Shown in pieces: positions 13,436-26,004 of a DNA stretch of 64,000 nucleotides. The stretch comes from Lama guanicoe (Eukaryota), in contig MU054187.1 of assembly GCA_013239625.1 (NCBI GenBank), forward strand, positions 15,100,974 to 15,164,973. Direction: 5' to 3'. Position numbers and translations under genes: made by a program. Below the pieces are notes generated by a model. That model was given only the letters and a program-made list of their open reading frames with translations, did not search any database and was not told where the DNA came from. How positions within the stretch are numbered: position 1 is the stretch's first letter; each line of letters opens with the position of its first letter.

Positions 13436-14911
13436 GAGAGAAGTTGAGGTGAATTATCATCTTCCCTTATTCTCTCTTATCCTGATATCTTTGTTTTTCA
13501 TAAATACCTTAGTCTCTCAGGGCTCTCTCTAATCCTGTTTCTGCGTTTTTCAAATTTTCTCTTGAGCCTTAATCACCATTTGAATTTTAATCCTCATACT
13601 GTTATAATAGTTTTGCAGTTATAGGCTATTAATCTGGCATAATAAAAGTTACCATAGGGAGAGTTCCTGTCTTTTCATCTTGTACAGTAATCCCATCGCA
13701 AGTGACTGTTTCCAGTCACGTATATATGCAGGTGATGTTTGGGACTAAGTCTGTTATATTCTTGCCATAGCACATTTCACAGGCCTTTCACACAGCAGAT
13801 ACTCATTAGATTTTTCCTAAAAGAATCAGTGGCATGACATGGTTCCCAGAGAAACTTCCTATTCCTTTGAATTTCCACTAGTCCTGCTTCTCTGAATATG
13901 GAGTATTAAAGTATTATATATATGCCATATATGATAAATATACCATTTTATTAAAAAATATTTTTAGTGAATAGTGACAATTCTCTAATCAGCTGACTTT
14001 TATTTTTTATTTTAAATACATAAACATTACTAATGGAACACAGTGAACTGGAGAACAGGAACTGTATGGAGTCATGTAATGCAGGCAATTCTGTTATTTG
14101 AGGTCTATTGGCTTAGTGGATTCTACACCTGCCCCTTCTCTTTGTTACCGTCCTTATTTCCTTTGGTCATTTCACCGCTCACTTCACTTATCAGCTGGAT
14201 TTTAATTATTGATGGCAAACAAGGCTGCTACAACCTGAAAAATTTTTCTAGTCTCTATATGTGCTCACCAAATACCATCATGCTTTCCTGTTAGTCACAG
14301 AAATGTGCATAAAACCCAAGTCCATCTGTCCTCCACAATAGAAAATTCTATGGATTTCTCAAGGACACACATAGAGAAAAGATATTTTTATGGGTTTTTT
14401 TGATTGAATAGGATTTTTTTTTGCCATGAGGCTAAATATTCTTATTAAGTTCTTCTTAAGAAGGTTTAAAAATTCTTCTACAGCTCAGAGCATTCAAGGG
14501 AGAAAAATTTTCAGCTTTACCCCTTTTTAAAAAGGTGTGGTGTCCGTTTCCCTATTCCTCTATTTTCTTCAGTCAGTTGCTGTAGCCTTCCCACCCCTCC
14601 TGAGAACAGCTGCTCTCTAACTGTGGCTCCCTCATCGTCAGCACTGGCCAAGGGAATAGGTCAGGGATCAGCGGGAAGGAAGCCACGGGTGTGGTGAGAT
14701 CTCCATGTGGAGCCAGTTAATGACACATGGAGCTCCAGACTCCATCCAAGCTCAGTCTCTGAACTCCAGCTTTTACCTTCCTGATAATTATGCCCACATT
14801 TACGACTCTCACACTAGCTTTGCCTGAGAGTAGGCCATCTCACAAATAAACTTCTTAAATAGAATCAAAGATGACTGCATCCAGTAGAAGCTAAGTGCCC
14901 TCTGCCTCACC

Positions 14912-15010
14912 CGTCCTATAGATGATGAAAACTGAGAGCTGGCAGAATGTTTGTCCTAAAGCCACACAGCTAGTCAATAACAGAGCTGGGCCTGGAGTCC
15001 AGGCCTCTTT
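14912..15010 (-). mobile_element. MIR core
   Basis: atagatgatgaaaactgagagc...tgtcctaaagccacacagctagt...agagctggg. Confidence 0.7.
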
Positions 15011-15454
15011 CCTCCTCATTCTGTGCTCTTTTTATGGCATCAAGTGCATCCACTCTCTAAACTCAACAGTTCAACACGTAATTTATATTTTCCCTCTTAA
15101 CAAGCTCCTCATTTCAGCTTTTTCGTGCTATTGGCATCTTAATTCTCATCTGTTCTCTATTATTTTCATTCTTCTCATATGTATTTATCTACCATGTCTG
15201 CTAAGTTGTATGCTTCTGTTATATTTCACCTTCCTCTCTTTTTTCAGTACCACCTTCCTGTGTGCTCTGAGTACTTCGTGCTTATGTAACTGCACAGTTG
15301 TCTTATTTTCTGTCCCTGTTTCTGATTTTTGTATTTTATTCACATAAAAATGGTAATCTAATGTCTCTTATGTGCCAGGTACTGTGAATATATGGCAAAC
15401 CTTCGTGTAATTAAAGAAGGAAACATGCATTAAAGAATACAAATGAAGGCAGTT

Positions 15455-16280
15455 TGTCTGTTTTCTCCCCTCCTACTGTGTCTTAAACTCACTCCATTCA
15501 GACTGTTGGCTCTACGACACCTCACAAAATGCTCTTGACCTGGTCACCCATGACCTGTCCCCCACTTTGCTATATCCAATGGCCAAGTCTTGGTCCTCAT
15601 CCTACTGACTGGTTATCATTTAACAAATATTACTGAGCAAATTCCATGTGCTGGCTCTATTTCAGGTACTGGGGTTACAAAAGTAAATAAAAGAAAAAAT
15701 AATTCCTGCTTTTATGGAGTTTGCTTTCCTTAAGAGTCATTTGAAAAAGTTGATTATTCTGTCTTATCCTTTTTTTTTTTTTCAGTAGCTCCTGGGATAT
15801 GACTTTGTTTCTCTTAACTTTCTGACTGTTTCTTGTCAGTCTCATTTGCTGCTCAAGACTCATCTTCTCAAATTCTAAAAAGTGGAGTGCCATAGCTTTC
15901 ATTCCTTGGGCTTCTTCTCTGTCCCTCCATCTGCATCTGTTTTCTAAGTAACATGACACTGTCCCATAGCTTCAAGTACTGTCTAGAGCCTTCTGTCAGA
16001 GCTCTCAACTGTTTCTTTATCATAAGCAGCTATTCCTTGACCACCTATCCAAGAGTGCACCTGTCCATTGTTTTCCACCCTCTGGTCCTATTTTTTCCAT
16101 AGTGCTTACTACTATCTGTTCTTACACAATGATTTGCCTATTTATCGCTTTCTTTCTCCCATCAGAATAAAAACTCCATGGGGACGGAGATTTTGTTTTG
16201 TTCACTGTTATGTCCCAAGTGCCCAGAATTGTACCTGCACATATTAGAAACTCTGTGAAGATCTGCTGAATGAATGAATA
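15455..16280 (+). mobile_element. L2 with a nested antisense L2 3' end (~15613-15737)
   Basis: ggtcacccatgacct...ccaatggccaagtcttggtcctcatcctactgac; ends ctgctgaatgaatgaat; nested catttaacaaatattactgagc. Confidence 0.75.
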
Positions 16281-16289
16281 CTACGAAGG

Positions 16290-17030
16290 ACCAGAAGGGA
16301 GAGGCTTATGGTACAATAAGAATATATTTGATTTAGAATGGTCAGTGAAATATCCCCAGGGGTGACAACTAAATTGAAGATAGGTAGGCAACAATCAGGC
16401 AAACTGGGGACATTCTACACAGAGGGAAGATGTGCAAAGGCCACAGGGCAGGAAGGAGAGTGATCAAAATGAATAACAGAAGACAGGCTTCTGTGGCTGG
16501 AGCACACACAGTGTGGGAGGGAGAAGTACAAGATGAGACCTAAGAGTAGGCAAGAAGATACACTACTCAGGGCTTTGTAGAGGATGTTAAAATTTGCTCT
16601 TTAATTGTAGAATGTACTCTAAAGGAAATGCAAAGGTATTTAAACATTCTAAGCATCTGAGTGACACAGTTAGGATTGGATTAAATAATCACTCTAACTG
16701 ACATATACAGAACAGACTAGAGATGGCTAGAAATAAACATAGGGAAACCATCTAAGTGGACACTGAAGAAAAGTGGGTACTTCAAGAAGCAAAAATATGA
16801 TCATCTAAACCAAGATGTGTGATGAAGGCGAGAAATAAGATATACCTGAGAGCTATTTAAGAGGTACACTTAGTAAAGAATTAGATACATGCAATGAAGG
16901 AGAGAGAAATACCAATGGTGACTCAAGTTTTTTGGCTTACCTTTCATTGAGACAAGTAATTCTACAGAGGACCAAGCTTAGGAAGTAATGGAGGGAATTA
17001 TCCATGAATTCAGTTTTGGACATTCTTGTC
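16290..17030 (-). mobile_element. L2 fragment
   Basis: gtgcaaaggccacagggcaggaag...gtggctggagcac...catgaattcagttttggacat. Confidence 0.75.
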
Positions 17031-17049
17031 TCTTTTTTGGGATATGTGA

Positions 17050-18240
17050 TAAAATATCTCCCAATCCCTCTTTTCTTTTCTTCCTCCAAAAGAGTCACTT
17101 CAACACTTCCCACTTACCTGCTATCTCCTCAAATACTGCCCTATCCCTATATCTTCCCCTTCTCAAACTTCTGCAAGGAGAAATCTCTATCTGGGATTTC
17201 CAGATACGACTGTCTGGTACACACCTAAGCTTGGCCCCATGCTGTCTGGCTTTTTCACCACTCAATCCATTGTGTCTTATCTTGAGTTTGGAGATGTTGA
17301 TACAATTAATTCTGCTTCTTTTCTGACTTCTCTAATCACAGTGTCTATGTCATGTTCTATAACTCTTTCTTTTCCTGATCCAAATAGGCGTTTTTCCAAG
17401 ATTGTGTCCTTCAGTGATCCCTTCACCTTCAAATCAACAACTGTCACTTTAATGCAACAGAATCACTTTTCTGAGCTACAAGGATAAATTTGTAACTACC
17501 CCTGTTAAGCCCCTTCGTATAACAACACCTTCAACTTTGAGTCTCAGAGTCATCATCTTATCTCCCAAACCAGATCCCTTGATTTTCCTTTTTTTGTATT
17601 AATGGTTTAACCAACTTCTCAGCTACTTAGGCTGAAGATTTATTATGCTTTACTCTTTGTGTCTTCATCTTATCCAATTAGTTGCTACATCTTGTTGATT
17701 TTCTTACTTTGAATCTCTTTTGCATCCAGTGTGTGTTCTCTAGTGTTCATACTGCTCTCATTTAGGCTCATTATGTCACATTAGGATTTTAAAAGAATAC
17801 ACCTCAACTTACATTCTCGCTTCTAGTTTATCCCTTTATCTACTCTACATATTTCTGCCAAATTAGCCTTTCAAAGTATGATTTGATCATTGTTATTTTT
17901 CTATGTAAAAATATTTGATGGTCTCTCATAGCATAAAGAATGAGGTTCAGATTCCTCAGTCTGTAATTTCAGAGCCTAGTCCAGCATAGCTTTCTCTTGC
18001 TTTTCCAGCCTGACTTCTTAATTTTGCATTTGCAAAGATAAAGCCTTCCCTTCCAATCCAGCAGAACCGAGACAACTGGTTCTCTTTTCACAGTCCATGT
18101 TCGTAAGCTTCAAAGCTTACCCCTTTCTTCAAGAATAGCTTTCCGCTACATCTCTGCATGTCAGAATCTTCCTCATCTTTTAGGACCTTTGAAACATGAC
18201 ATCCTTCATGAAGTTAGGTACCACCATAAGTCCTGTCTTA
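17050..18240 (+). mobile_element. L2 fragments, diverged
   Basis: Pyrimidine-rich sense L2 motifs: ctgccaaattagcctttcaaag...gatcattg; aatgaggttcagattcctcag. Confidence 0.55.
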
Positions 18241-20280
18241 TCTTTCCAGGATTGTGGTCAACATACTCTAAACATGTTAAGTAATCAAAGACTTGGGGAG
18301 GTCAGGGATTTTTTCCAGCATCACAAAGACATGAAAAGAAATGAACTGGGTCTGTGACTCATTTCTCCTGGGTCTCAGAATAGAGTTTTTTATATTAGGC
18401 ATTTATCTCAACTGCTAAATGAACTGCTTGGTGATCTGTATGATCTATATGAACATTGATCAGGCCAAGGAAAGAGAAATCTTGTTTAAGGTTGCTTGAC
18501 TTATCAAAATTAGAAAGGCAAACTTTCCAATCGTAAAATTGGAAAAGCACTTCCTTTCACCCATCTCAGAAGGACTGGAGCCAAGCACTGCCTGCTCTGG
18601 TTATACTCTGCATTATGTTTGGCATCCCAGCTGTACTACCTTTCCAAAAACTATTTACAGCACCACCAAAAAGAGCCAGCTTGTGACTAATTGGCAATGT
18701 TTTGTAGGGAACTAATATATACTCGAACTTTGGCAAAGATGAAACTCGTGGACATTTTGGTCCAACTGATTTTCCATTTTGTTCTGGGACCAATTAGCCA
18801 TGAACACGTTATATAGTTTCTAGGGCACCACCCAACGGCCAAATGTTTCTCTTCAAATTGAAAGCATATCATTCTTTTTAACATCATTGTTGCCACGGCC
18901 AAATTCCTGGGCTTATGTCACTTTGCCCAAAGTTCCAAGAGCTGTTGATTTCACTTCAGGCACGTTCTTGATCTTTCTTCCGGGCAACCAGTGTGGTGTG
19001 ATTAGACTGGCTCACTTTGAATACAATGGAGGACTTTTGTGGATCCTATCTGTTATTGAAATGAAGCATTTGCTACTAATCAGTATTATTAAGTACAGAA
19101 ATGGCTCTTCACTTATTTATTTTTAAAAAAAATCTAAATCTCTAACTGAACATTTGCCAAAGTGATGAGTTTTCTGGAGTTTGACAATATATTGAAAATC
19201 ACTATTTACCCATTCACAAAAATGCTTATAAGTGCATCTGATTAATCTGTTGATGTTTCTGTATTTAGTCTCCTATTTATAAGGCATTTTCCCTTAGCAC
19301 TTTCTTTGCAGGCATCATGGAAATTTTGCATTTGGGTTGCATTTATGTTATGTATTCCTGACTTAAATACTTTGAGGCTTGTTCTTTCTGATCATAACTG
19401 CCAGTGGGATTCCATACACTTTTCTCAGTCACTAAAATAATTCAACTAGAAATGTGAAGGAAGAAGGAAATAGAAATCTTTTTTTTTGGAGTTTTAGCTG
19501 CCAAAGACCTATGGAAGTAGATCAAGGAAAATTGGGTGGGCACAGATGAAAGTAGCAAAGGACAAATAAATGTTTTCCCAAACTATCTGGGCCCAGGAGT
19601 GAAAAACATTTTTTTAATTGTATTGTCCACCACTCTGGAATCTGAGCACCTTTTTGGAAGTACACAGAAATGATAAGCGCATACTAAGGTCAGCTGAAAG
19701 AGATTTGAGGACATCGATATAGTGTTTTGTGGCATGTAATTATAAAAATAAATTATAAAAATTTAAGAAACATATGGCTATTGGATTTTGATAAACTGTC
19801 ACAAATTTAGGAGGAAACTGAGCTTTCTTCCGTCCATATTTTAGATAGGTTACACATAGGTCCTGTTTCTGTGATTCTCTCTCCAGTGATTACGCGGAGA
19901 GGTTCTCTTTCCAGATTACACCATCACTGAGAAACAGTTTGCATAAGCAGTTAATAAATTAAAAATGTTTTCTTGAAACTATTTAAAAAATTTAAACAAC
20001 TGACACTATCTTTTACATTTTATTATGACTTCTTTTTCTTTTTAAGTACAATGTTAGATTCAAGAGTACAAAGATTCTTGTAATGATACAAATTGATTTT
20101 GGATCCAACTGACCTCCTTCAAGCATTTCAAATTAGTGATGAATTTATAATTTTCATGCAGACATTATAAAAGCTGTCACCCTATATTAGCATTGGATTT
20201 CTTTGAATGCTCATCATTCTGTCTCTAGAACTGGCATTTACTAAGAACCTGACCAGTGGCTGATGAATGTTTGTTCCTTG

Positions 20281-22260
20281 TATGAGTCTGTTTCTGTTTT
20301 GTTATACTTGTTCATTTGTTTTGTCTTTTAGATTCCACAGTTAAGTGAAATTATAAAGTATTTGTCTTTCTCTGTCTGATTTACTTCACTTAGCATAATA
20401 CCCTCTAAATCCATTCATATTGTTGCAAGTGGCAAGATTTGATCCTTTTTAATGGTTGAGAAAAAATATACATATACACACACACACACGTACACACACA
20501 TCACATCTTCTTTAACCATCTACTGATGGGCACTTACGACACTGATTCCACATCTTGGCTGTTGGGAATAATGCTGCAATGAACATAGGGGTGCATACAT
20601 CTCTTCTAATTAGTGTTTTTATTTTCTTCAGAAAAATACTTAGAAGAGAATTGCTGGATCATATGTTTTTATTTTCTTCAGAAAAACACTTAGAAGAGAA
20701 TTGCTGGATCATATGGTACTGTTATTTTTAATTTTTTGAGGAACCTCCATAGTGTTTTCCTTAGAGGCTGTATCAACTTACATTCCCAACAAAAGTGCAT
20801 GAGGGTTCTCTTTTCTCTACATTCTCGCCAACACTTGTTACTTGTTGTCTTTTGATAATAGCCATTCTGACAGTGTGAGGTAATATCTCATTGTGGTTTT
20901 GATTTGCATTTTTCTGGTAAGTAGTGATACTGAACATCTTTTCCTGTACCAGTTGGCCAGGTATATCTTCTTTGAAAAAATGTCTATTAAGGTCCTCTGC
21001 CTATTTAAAAAAAGTTTTTTTGATATTGAATTGCATAAGGGTTCTTTGTATATTTTGGGTATTAACCCCTTATCAGGTATATCATTTGCAATTATCTTCT
21101 CCCATTCAGTAGGCTATCTTTTTGTTTTGTTGATAGTTTTCTTTGCTGTGCAAAATCTTTTTAGTTTGATACAGCCTGTTTTAAAACCTTTTGTTTTTGT
21201 TTCCCTTGCCTGAGGAGACATATCCAAAAAGATATTGCTAATACTGATGTCAAAGAACATACCGCCTGTGTTTTCTTCTAGGATGCTTATGGTTTCACGT
21301 CTTACATTTAGAACTTTAATCAGTTTTGAGTTAATTTTTGTATATGATGTTAGAAAGTAGTGCCATTAGATTATTCTCCATGTTTTTTCAGCTTTCCCAA
21401 GATTATTTAAGAGGCTCTATCTTCCCTATTATATATTCTTGCCTCCTTTGTCATAGATTAATTGACCATGCAAATATGGATTCAATTCTAGGCTCTCTAT
21501 TCTTTTCCATTGATCTATTTGACTGTTTTTTGTGCCAGTACCATACTGTTTTGATTATTGTATCTTTTTAGTATAGTTCAAAATCAAGGAGCATGCTACT
21601 TCCAGCTTTGTTTTTCTTTCTCAAGATTGTTTTGGCTATTTGCAGTCTCTTGTGTTTCCATACAAATTTTAGAATTATTTGTTCTAGTTGTGTGAAAAAT
21701 GCCATTGGGATTGCATTGAATCTATAGATTGCCTTGCATAGTAAGTTCATTTTAACAATATTAATTCTTTCAATACATGAGCACTGCATATCTTTCCATT
21801 TGTTCGAGTCATCTTTATTTTTTCTCAACAATATCTTATAGTTTTCCCCGTATAGGTCTTTTACCTCCTTGGTTAATGTATTCCTAGATATCTAATTCTT
21901 TTTGATGTAGTTGTAAATGGAATTATATTCTTAATTTCTTTTGCTAATAATTTTTTGTTAGTGTATAGAAGTGTAACAGATTTCTGTTTATTAATTTTAT
22001 ATCCTATAAGTCTACTGAATTCATTGATTAGTTCTAATAGCTTTTTGGTGGCATCTTTAGGACTTTTCTATGTACAGCATCATGTCAACTATAAACAGTG
22101 ACAGCTTAACTTCTTTTTTTCCAACTTGTATTCCTTTTCTTTCTTTTTATGTCTGATTTCTGTCTGGTGTCAGCCTGCTGGTGTGTGGGGCTGGGTCTCA
22201 GTGCAGGTGGCTGTTGTGGGGACCCAGGGTTGGGTGGAGTGGGGGTCAGGGTTGATGACA
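20281..22260 (-). mobile_element. L1 ORF2 3' half plus part of 3'UTR, joined to a 5'UTR-like fragment at ~22165-22260
   Basis: ORF 21568-21831(-) [32 protein letters not shown] is ORF2p; antisense 3'UTR motifs; terminal poly(A) missing. Confidence 0.92.
20614..20713. repeat. 50-bp tandem duplication inside L1
   Basis: tgtttttattttcttcagaaaaa(t/c)acttagaagagaattgctggatcata twice, one mismatch. Confidence 0.95.
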
Positions 22261-22574
22261 TCAGCAAACTTTTATTAAACAACTGTTATGAACCAAGAAG
22301 TATTCCTGATTTAGGAATTTCAAAGTGAATCAGACATTTCTGCCATTAAGGAACATTCAGGTTAGTGTGGAAACAAATCCATAATTAGGCAATTACAACA
22401 TAGTGACTTGATTTAAAAAAAAGGAGAGAGGGCCAGGGAACAGAGCAGAGGGCAGTCAACCTGGCTGGGTAGTTATTTTCCGGAAGATTTTCTTTAGAAG
22501 TGCTAGCTAGGGTGGGGGAGTGGTGAAGGTGGTCTAGGAAGATGAAAAAGCAAAAAGTGGCCTAGAAACACTGA

Positions 22575-22816
22575 ATAGTAAGGGGCCAGCCTTTTGCCCC
22601 CCAGTGTAGTGTCAGTCATAGGATGTAGGCATCTTCTTGAAGGTGTCAGTTTAAACCCCAAAGAGCAAAGTGAGTCCTGTCAGCTGAGAGCAATTCCTTG
22701 GAGAAGAGGAGCAGCTGTGAACTTTTAGCAGCCAATGCACACAGAAGCCAGGGATGATGCATTGGCCTAGTGGACGGGGTCTGGCTAGTGCACCAAATCA
22801 GCATCGGTCAACCACA
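22575..22816 (-). mobile_element. ERVL-class LTR fragment (LTR16/LTR33-like)
   Basis: cagctgagagcaattccttggagaagaggagcagctgtgaac...gcagccaa...ggggtctggctagtgcacca. Confidence 0.55.
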
Positions 22817-23889
22817 AGGGTGTTGGGAGATGAGTAATAGAGATATCAAATGTTGATCCTTCTTTCAAGAAGCTTAAATATGGGTGTTTCCCAGGAAACA
22901 TCCTTGGTCTCATTCTCACAATTGACATTTCTCTCTAGACAATGTCTACTCCTCTCATCTGTAACTCATCACCACCTTCTATGTCCTGGTGACTCCCACA
23001 CCCACACATCCAGCCAGGCATTTCCCTAAGTAAATACTTGTTGAATGAATAAATGTACTAGGATTTCTCCATCTCAGGAAGAAGGAAAGGTGTATTCCAG
23101 GCAGAGAAGAAAGTTGTTCAGAGGCATGGAGAAGTTGAGGACCCACTAGGACAATGAATTTATAGTGGCAGTTGAGATTTGATCAGGATAATAAACAGGT
23201 GAAATGTTCTGGTTGTATCTGATAATAATATTAAACATCTTAATTTTTGGTTTAAATTAAAATAGTTACTTTTTTTTCTGTGCCACCAAAATAGACCCTC
23301 TAGATAGGCTCCCCCCAAATCCTCTCCTCCCTACCCATTTTGTTTCCAAGAGAGAAAATCTGACACAATTAACAGACTGAAAACCAAGTTCCTCTTTTCT
23401 TCCCTGGGCAGTAGGCTGCTGCTGGCTCTTGAAGGTGGGGGCAGAGACAAGTTAGGATATGGTTGGTGTCTTGACATCTGCAAAGGTCCATCTTTCTGTC
23501 CAAGCACAGAGAAGGGGAGGAGTCAAGAGGAAATGGTTACAGAAACTTGGGCAAGTCTTTGGTTCAAGAAAGAGGAAGGAATCTTTAGAGAAAGAACTAA
23601 AGTGTAAAAAAATATTTCTTAGGGAAAAAGAGAGGACACTTTAGCTTACAAACCTTTGATGATAAGGGATTCTCTAGGGATAGATAGTTGGAGAAAACAT
23701 GCCTCTTAGCTTTCAGAAACAAGCTGTCTGGAAATGGAAGGAGAAAATATTGGCTGGAAATTCCTGGCAATGAGCTACAGAGAACATATCATAGCATCTG
23801 TATCTTCTTAGCAATCTGCTCTATTTTGTCTTACACCAACAGCTGACAAATAAAACGGGTAGAAAGTGTTGAGGTATTACCATTTGGTG

Positions 23890-24045
23890 TCTCTTACAAG
23901 TCAGCCACTGTGTGAGATGTTTTGTATATACGCCACCTCACTTGATCCTTTGACCAACCATCTTGCTATCTTCATTATAAAGATGAGGAAACGGGCTCAG
24001 AGATTCAGTAATTTCCCCAAGTTCATACAGTAACTCAGTGACATA
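23890..24045 (-). mobile_element. MIR
   Basis: aaagatgaggaaacgggctcagagattcagtaatttccccaagttcatacag. Confidence 0.75.
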
Positions 24046-24474
24046 TTCTTTCATCTATATTTAAAAGTAATCAAGTGCACCTGAAGCAAAATATACTCCT
24101 CCTCTTCTACATTTGAGAGTCAAGTTTCAATGGATGATCAGATTTTTCTGAATTGTGATTGGTAATGAAAAAGAAACTTTCATATTAGGGTAATTTGAGG
24201 ACAGTGCAATGATCATACAAGGAACATGGCTCACAGCCCACGCCTGCCCCAGTCAAGACACTCTCAAAATAAATACAGGTCTTTCGTATTTCATAGGCTG
24301 GTTAGTCACAGCTTCCAGCTAGTCCTCTTCATTTGATCATGTGGAGTAGGAGGGAAATTAAATATGCATCTGCCTCTTTGCTTCCCAACAACAAATCCTG
24401 GGAAAACACTACTGGTTACAACAATGGTTTTGGTAGAAGAATAGATGGAAAAGAAAGTTTGATACATTTGAGCA

Positions 24475-24958
24475 CAAATCTTCCTCAACCTATGATGGGG
24501 TTAAGTCCTGATAAACACATTGTGAGTTGCAAACATTACAAGCTGAAAACACATTAAATACACCTAACCTACTGAACATCATAGCTTAGCTTCATGTACC
24601 TTAAATGTTCTTGGAGCACTTACATTATCCTACAAAGTCATCTAACACAAAGCCTATTTTATAATAAAGTGTCAACTATGACATGTAGTTTATTGAATAT
24701 TGCCCTGAAAGTGGAAACCAGAATGGCTGTCTGGGTCCAGAACGGCTCTAAGTGTACTCTTGCAATGGCGTGGTTGCCCAGGACCCGTGGCTCCACTCTT
24801 ACTGCCTGGCATCGTGAAAGAATCATACCGCATATTGCTAGCCTGGGAAAATATCAAACTTGAATATATGAAGTATGGTTTCTACTGAATGTGTATTGCC
24901 TTTGCACCATTGAAAAGTCAAAAAATCGTAAATCCAGTCGTAAGCTGGGGACCCTCTG
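24475..24958. mobile_element. Tigger5/MER47-family TcMar element
   Basis: Termini caaatcttcctcaacctatgatgg / cgtaagctggggaccctctg followed by TA; internal atacacctaacctactgaacatcatagcttagc and gaagtatggtttctactgaatg. Confidence 0.85.
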
Positions 24959-25861
24959 TAGTCAGTTCCATTTTTTTCTGAAAGTTTTGAGAGTTACTAG
25001 ATTTGTTTTTATTCTTTTGACACACATTAGGGAGAGATATTTCTACTTCTTATTTTGACTTTCTAACTATCTAAAATCCTTGTACCTTCTCTTCTGTACA
25101 AGATCCAACATTTCATCATCTAATTACCTAAACACGTTTTTGCCTGTTTAAGATACTTCAGCAGCTGTTGGCGTAAATGGCCCCTGTGAAATAACTTCTC
25201 AGAAAGCCTCCTTATTCTCTACAGGAGCATATTGAGCACATGCGACAAGGGGACTTAAGAGGGTGAGCATCCTGGATGATAGATAATGTAGCACCACTAG
25301 GAGGCTGTTTTCCCACCATGGTTCCATAGCAGCCAATCCTTCTGGTCTAGGCCTGTCTCATCTTGAGAAGACTGGCTTCTTCTCGGTCATGGTGCGGCTT
25401 CACAGGATACTCCCAAGACTCTTCTGGGGAGATCTAGAGGAGTAGGTCTGGACTTGGGATGTCACCAGCAGGGTGGTTACAGTGACCACCAGAGCACGGG
25501 TTTGTGGCTGGGGCTTATGCTCCTGTAGTGCCCCCTGCAGTTTCTGTCTTTCAGGGCGGTGCCTGCTGTGCCTGCATGCCCCTCCCCGAGGGTGTCACGG
25601 AGGAAGCAGTGGCAGACCTCCTACTGGCTCACGGAGTCCTGTCTGAGGAGCTGGGGACGGGTGTTATCTTATCAGGAGTAAAAACTTACTTAGGGAGACA
25701 AAACTATGCTGATTCTGGAAATCAAAGTTTTAATCATCGGGTCTCAAAATCTTCTCTAATTTATTACACATTTTAAAGCAAAATGTGCATATCTAAATGG
25801 ATATATATTTGGTAGGACTTCAGTGTTTTTCTTCACCTATAGTCTGTATGAAATTCTGAAT

Positions 25862-26004
25862 TTAAAAAATTAATTAGTTTTTATTTTGGGGGGGTAGGTA
25901 CTTTTTTTTTTTTACTTATTTATTTTTAACAGAGGTGCTGAGGTTTGAACCTAGGACCTTGTGCATGCTAGGCATGCACTCTACCACTGAGCTATATCCT
26001 CCCC
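25862..26004 (-). mobile_element. tRNA-Ala-derived SINE, Vic-1-like (camelid)
   Basis: Reverse complement ggggaggatatagctcagtggtagagtgcatgcctagcatgcacaaggtcctaggttcaaacctcagcacctc plus A-rich tail; A and B boxes; perfect 13-bp TSD tgaaattctgaat (25849-25861 / 26005-26017). Confidence 0.9.

Noticed and set aside
14695..14735. Hairpin ctccatgtg...cacatggag
   Set aside because: 9-bp stem is too short for a pre-miRNA and is expected by chance
14922..15347. 141-aa hydrophobic ORF
   Set aside because: Starts in a MIR and continues through T-rich low-complexity DNA; hydrophobicity is compositional
21568..21831. 87-aa ORF as a gene
   Set aside because: Decayed L1 ORF2p fragment; the same applies to 38015-38392 and 44055-44405
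25930..26004. tRNA-Ala gene
   Set aside because: A-rich tail, TSD and divergence show it is a SINE head
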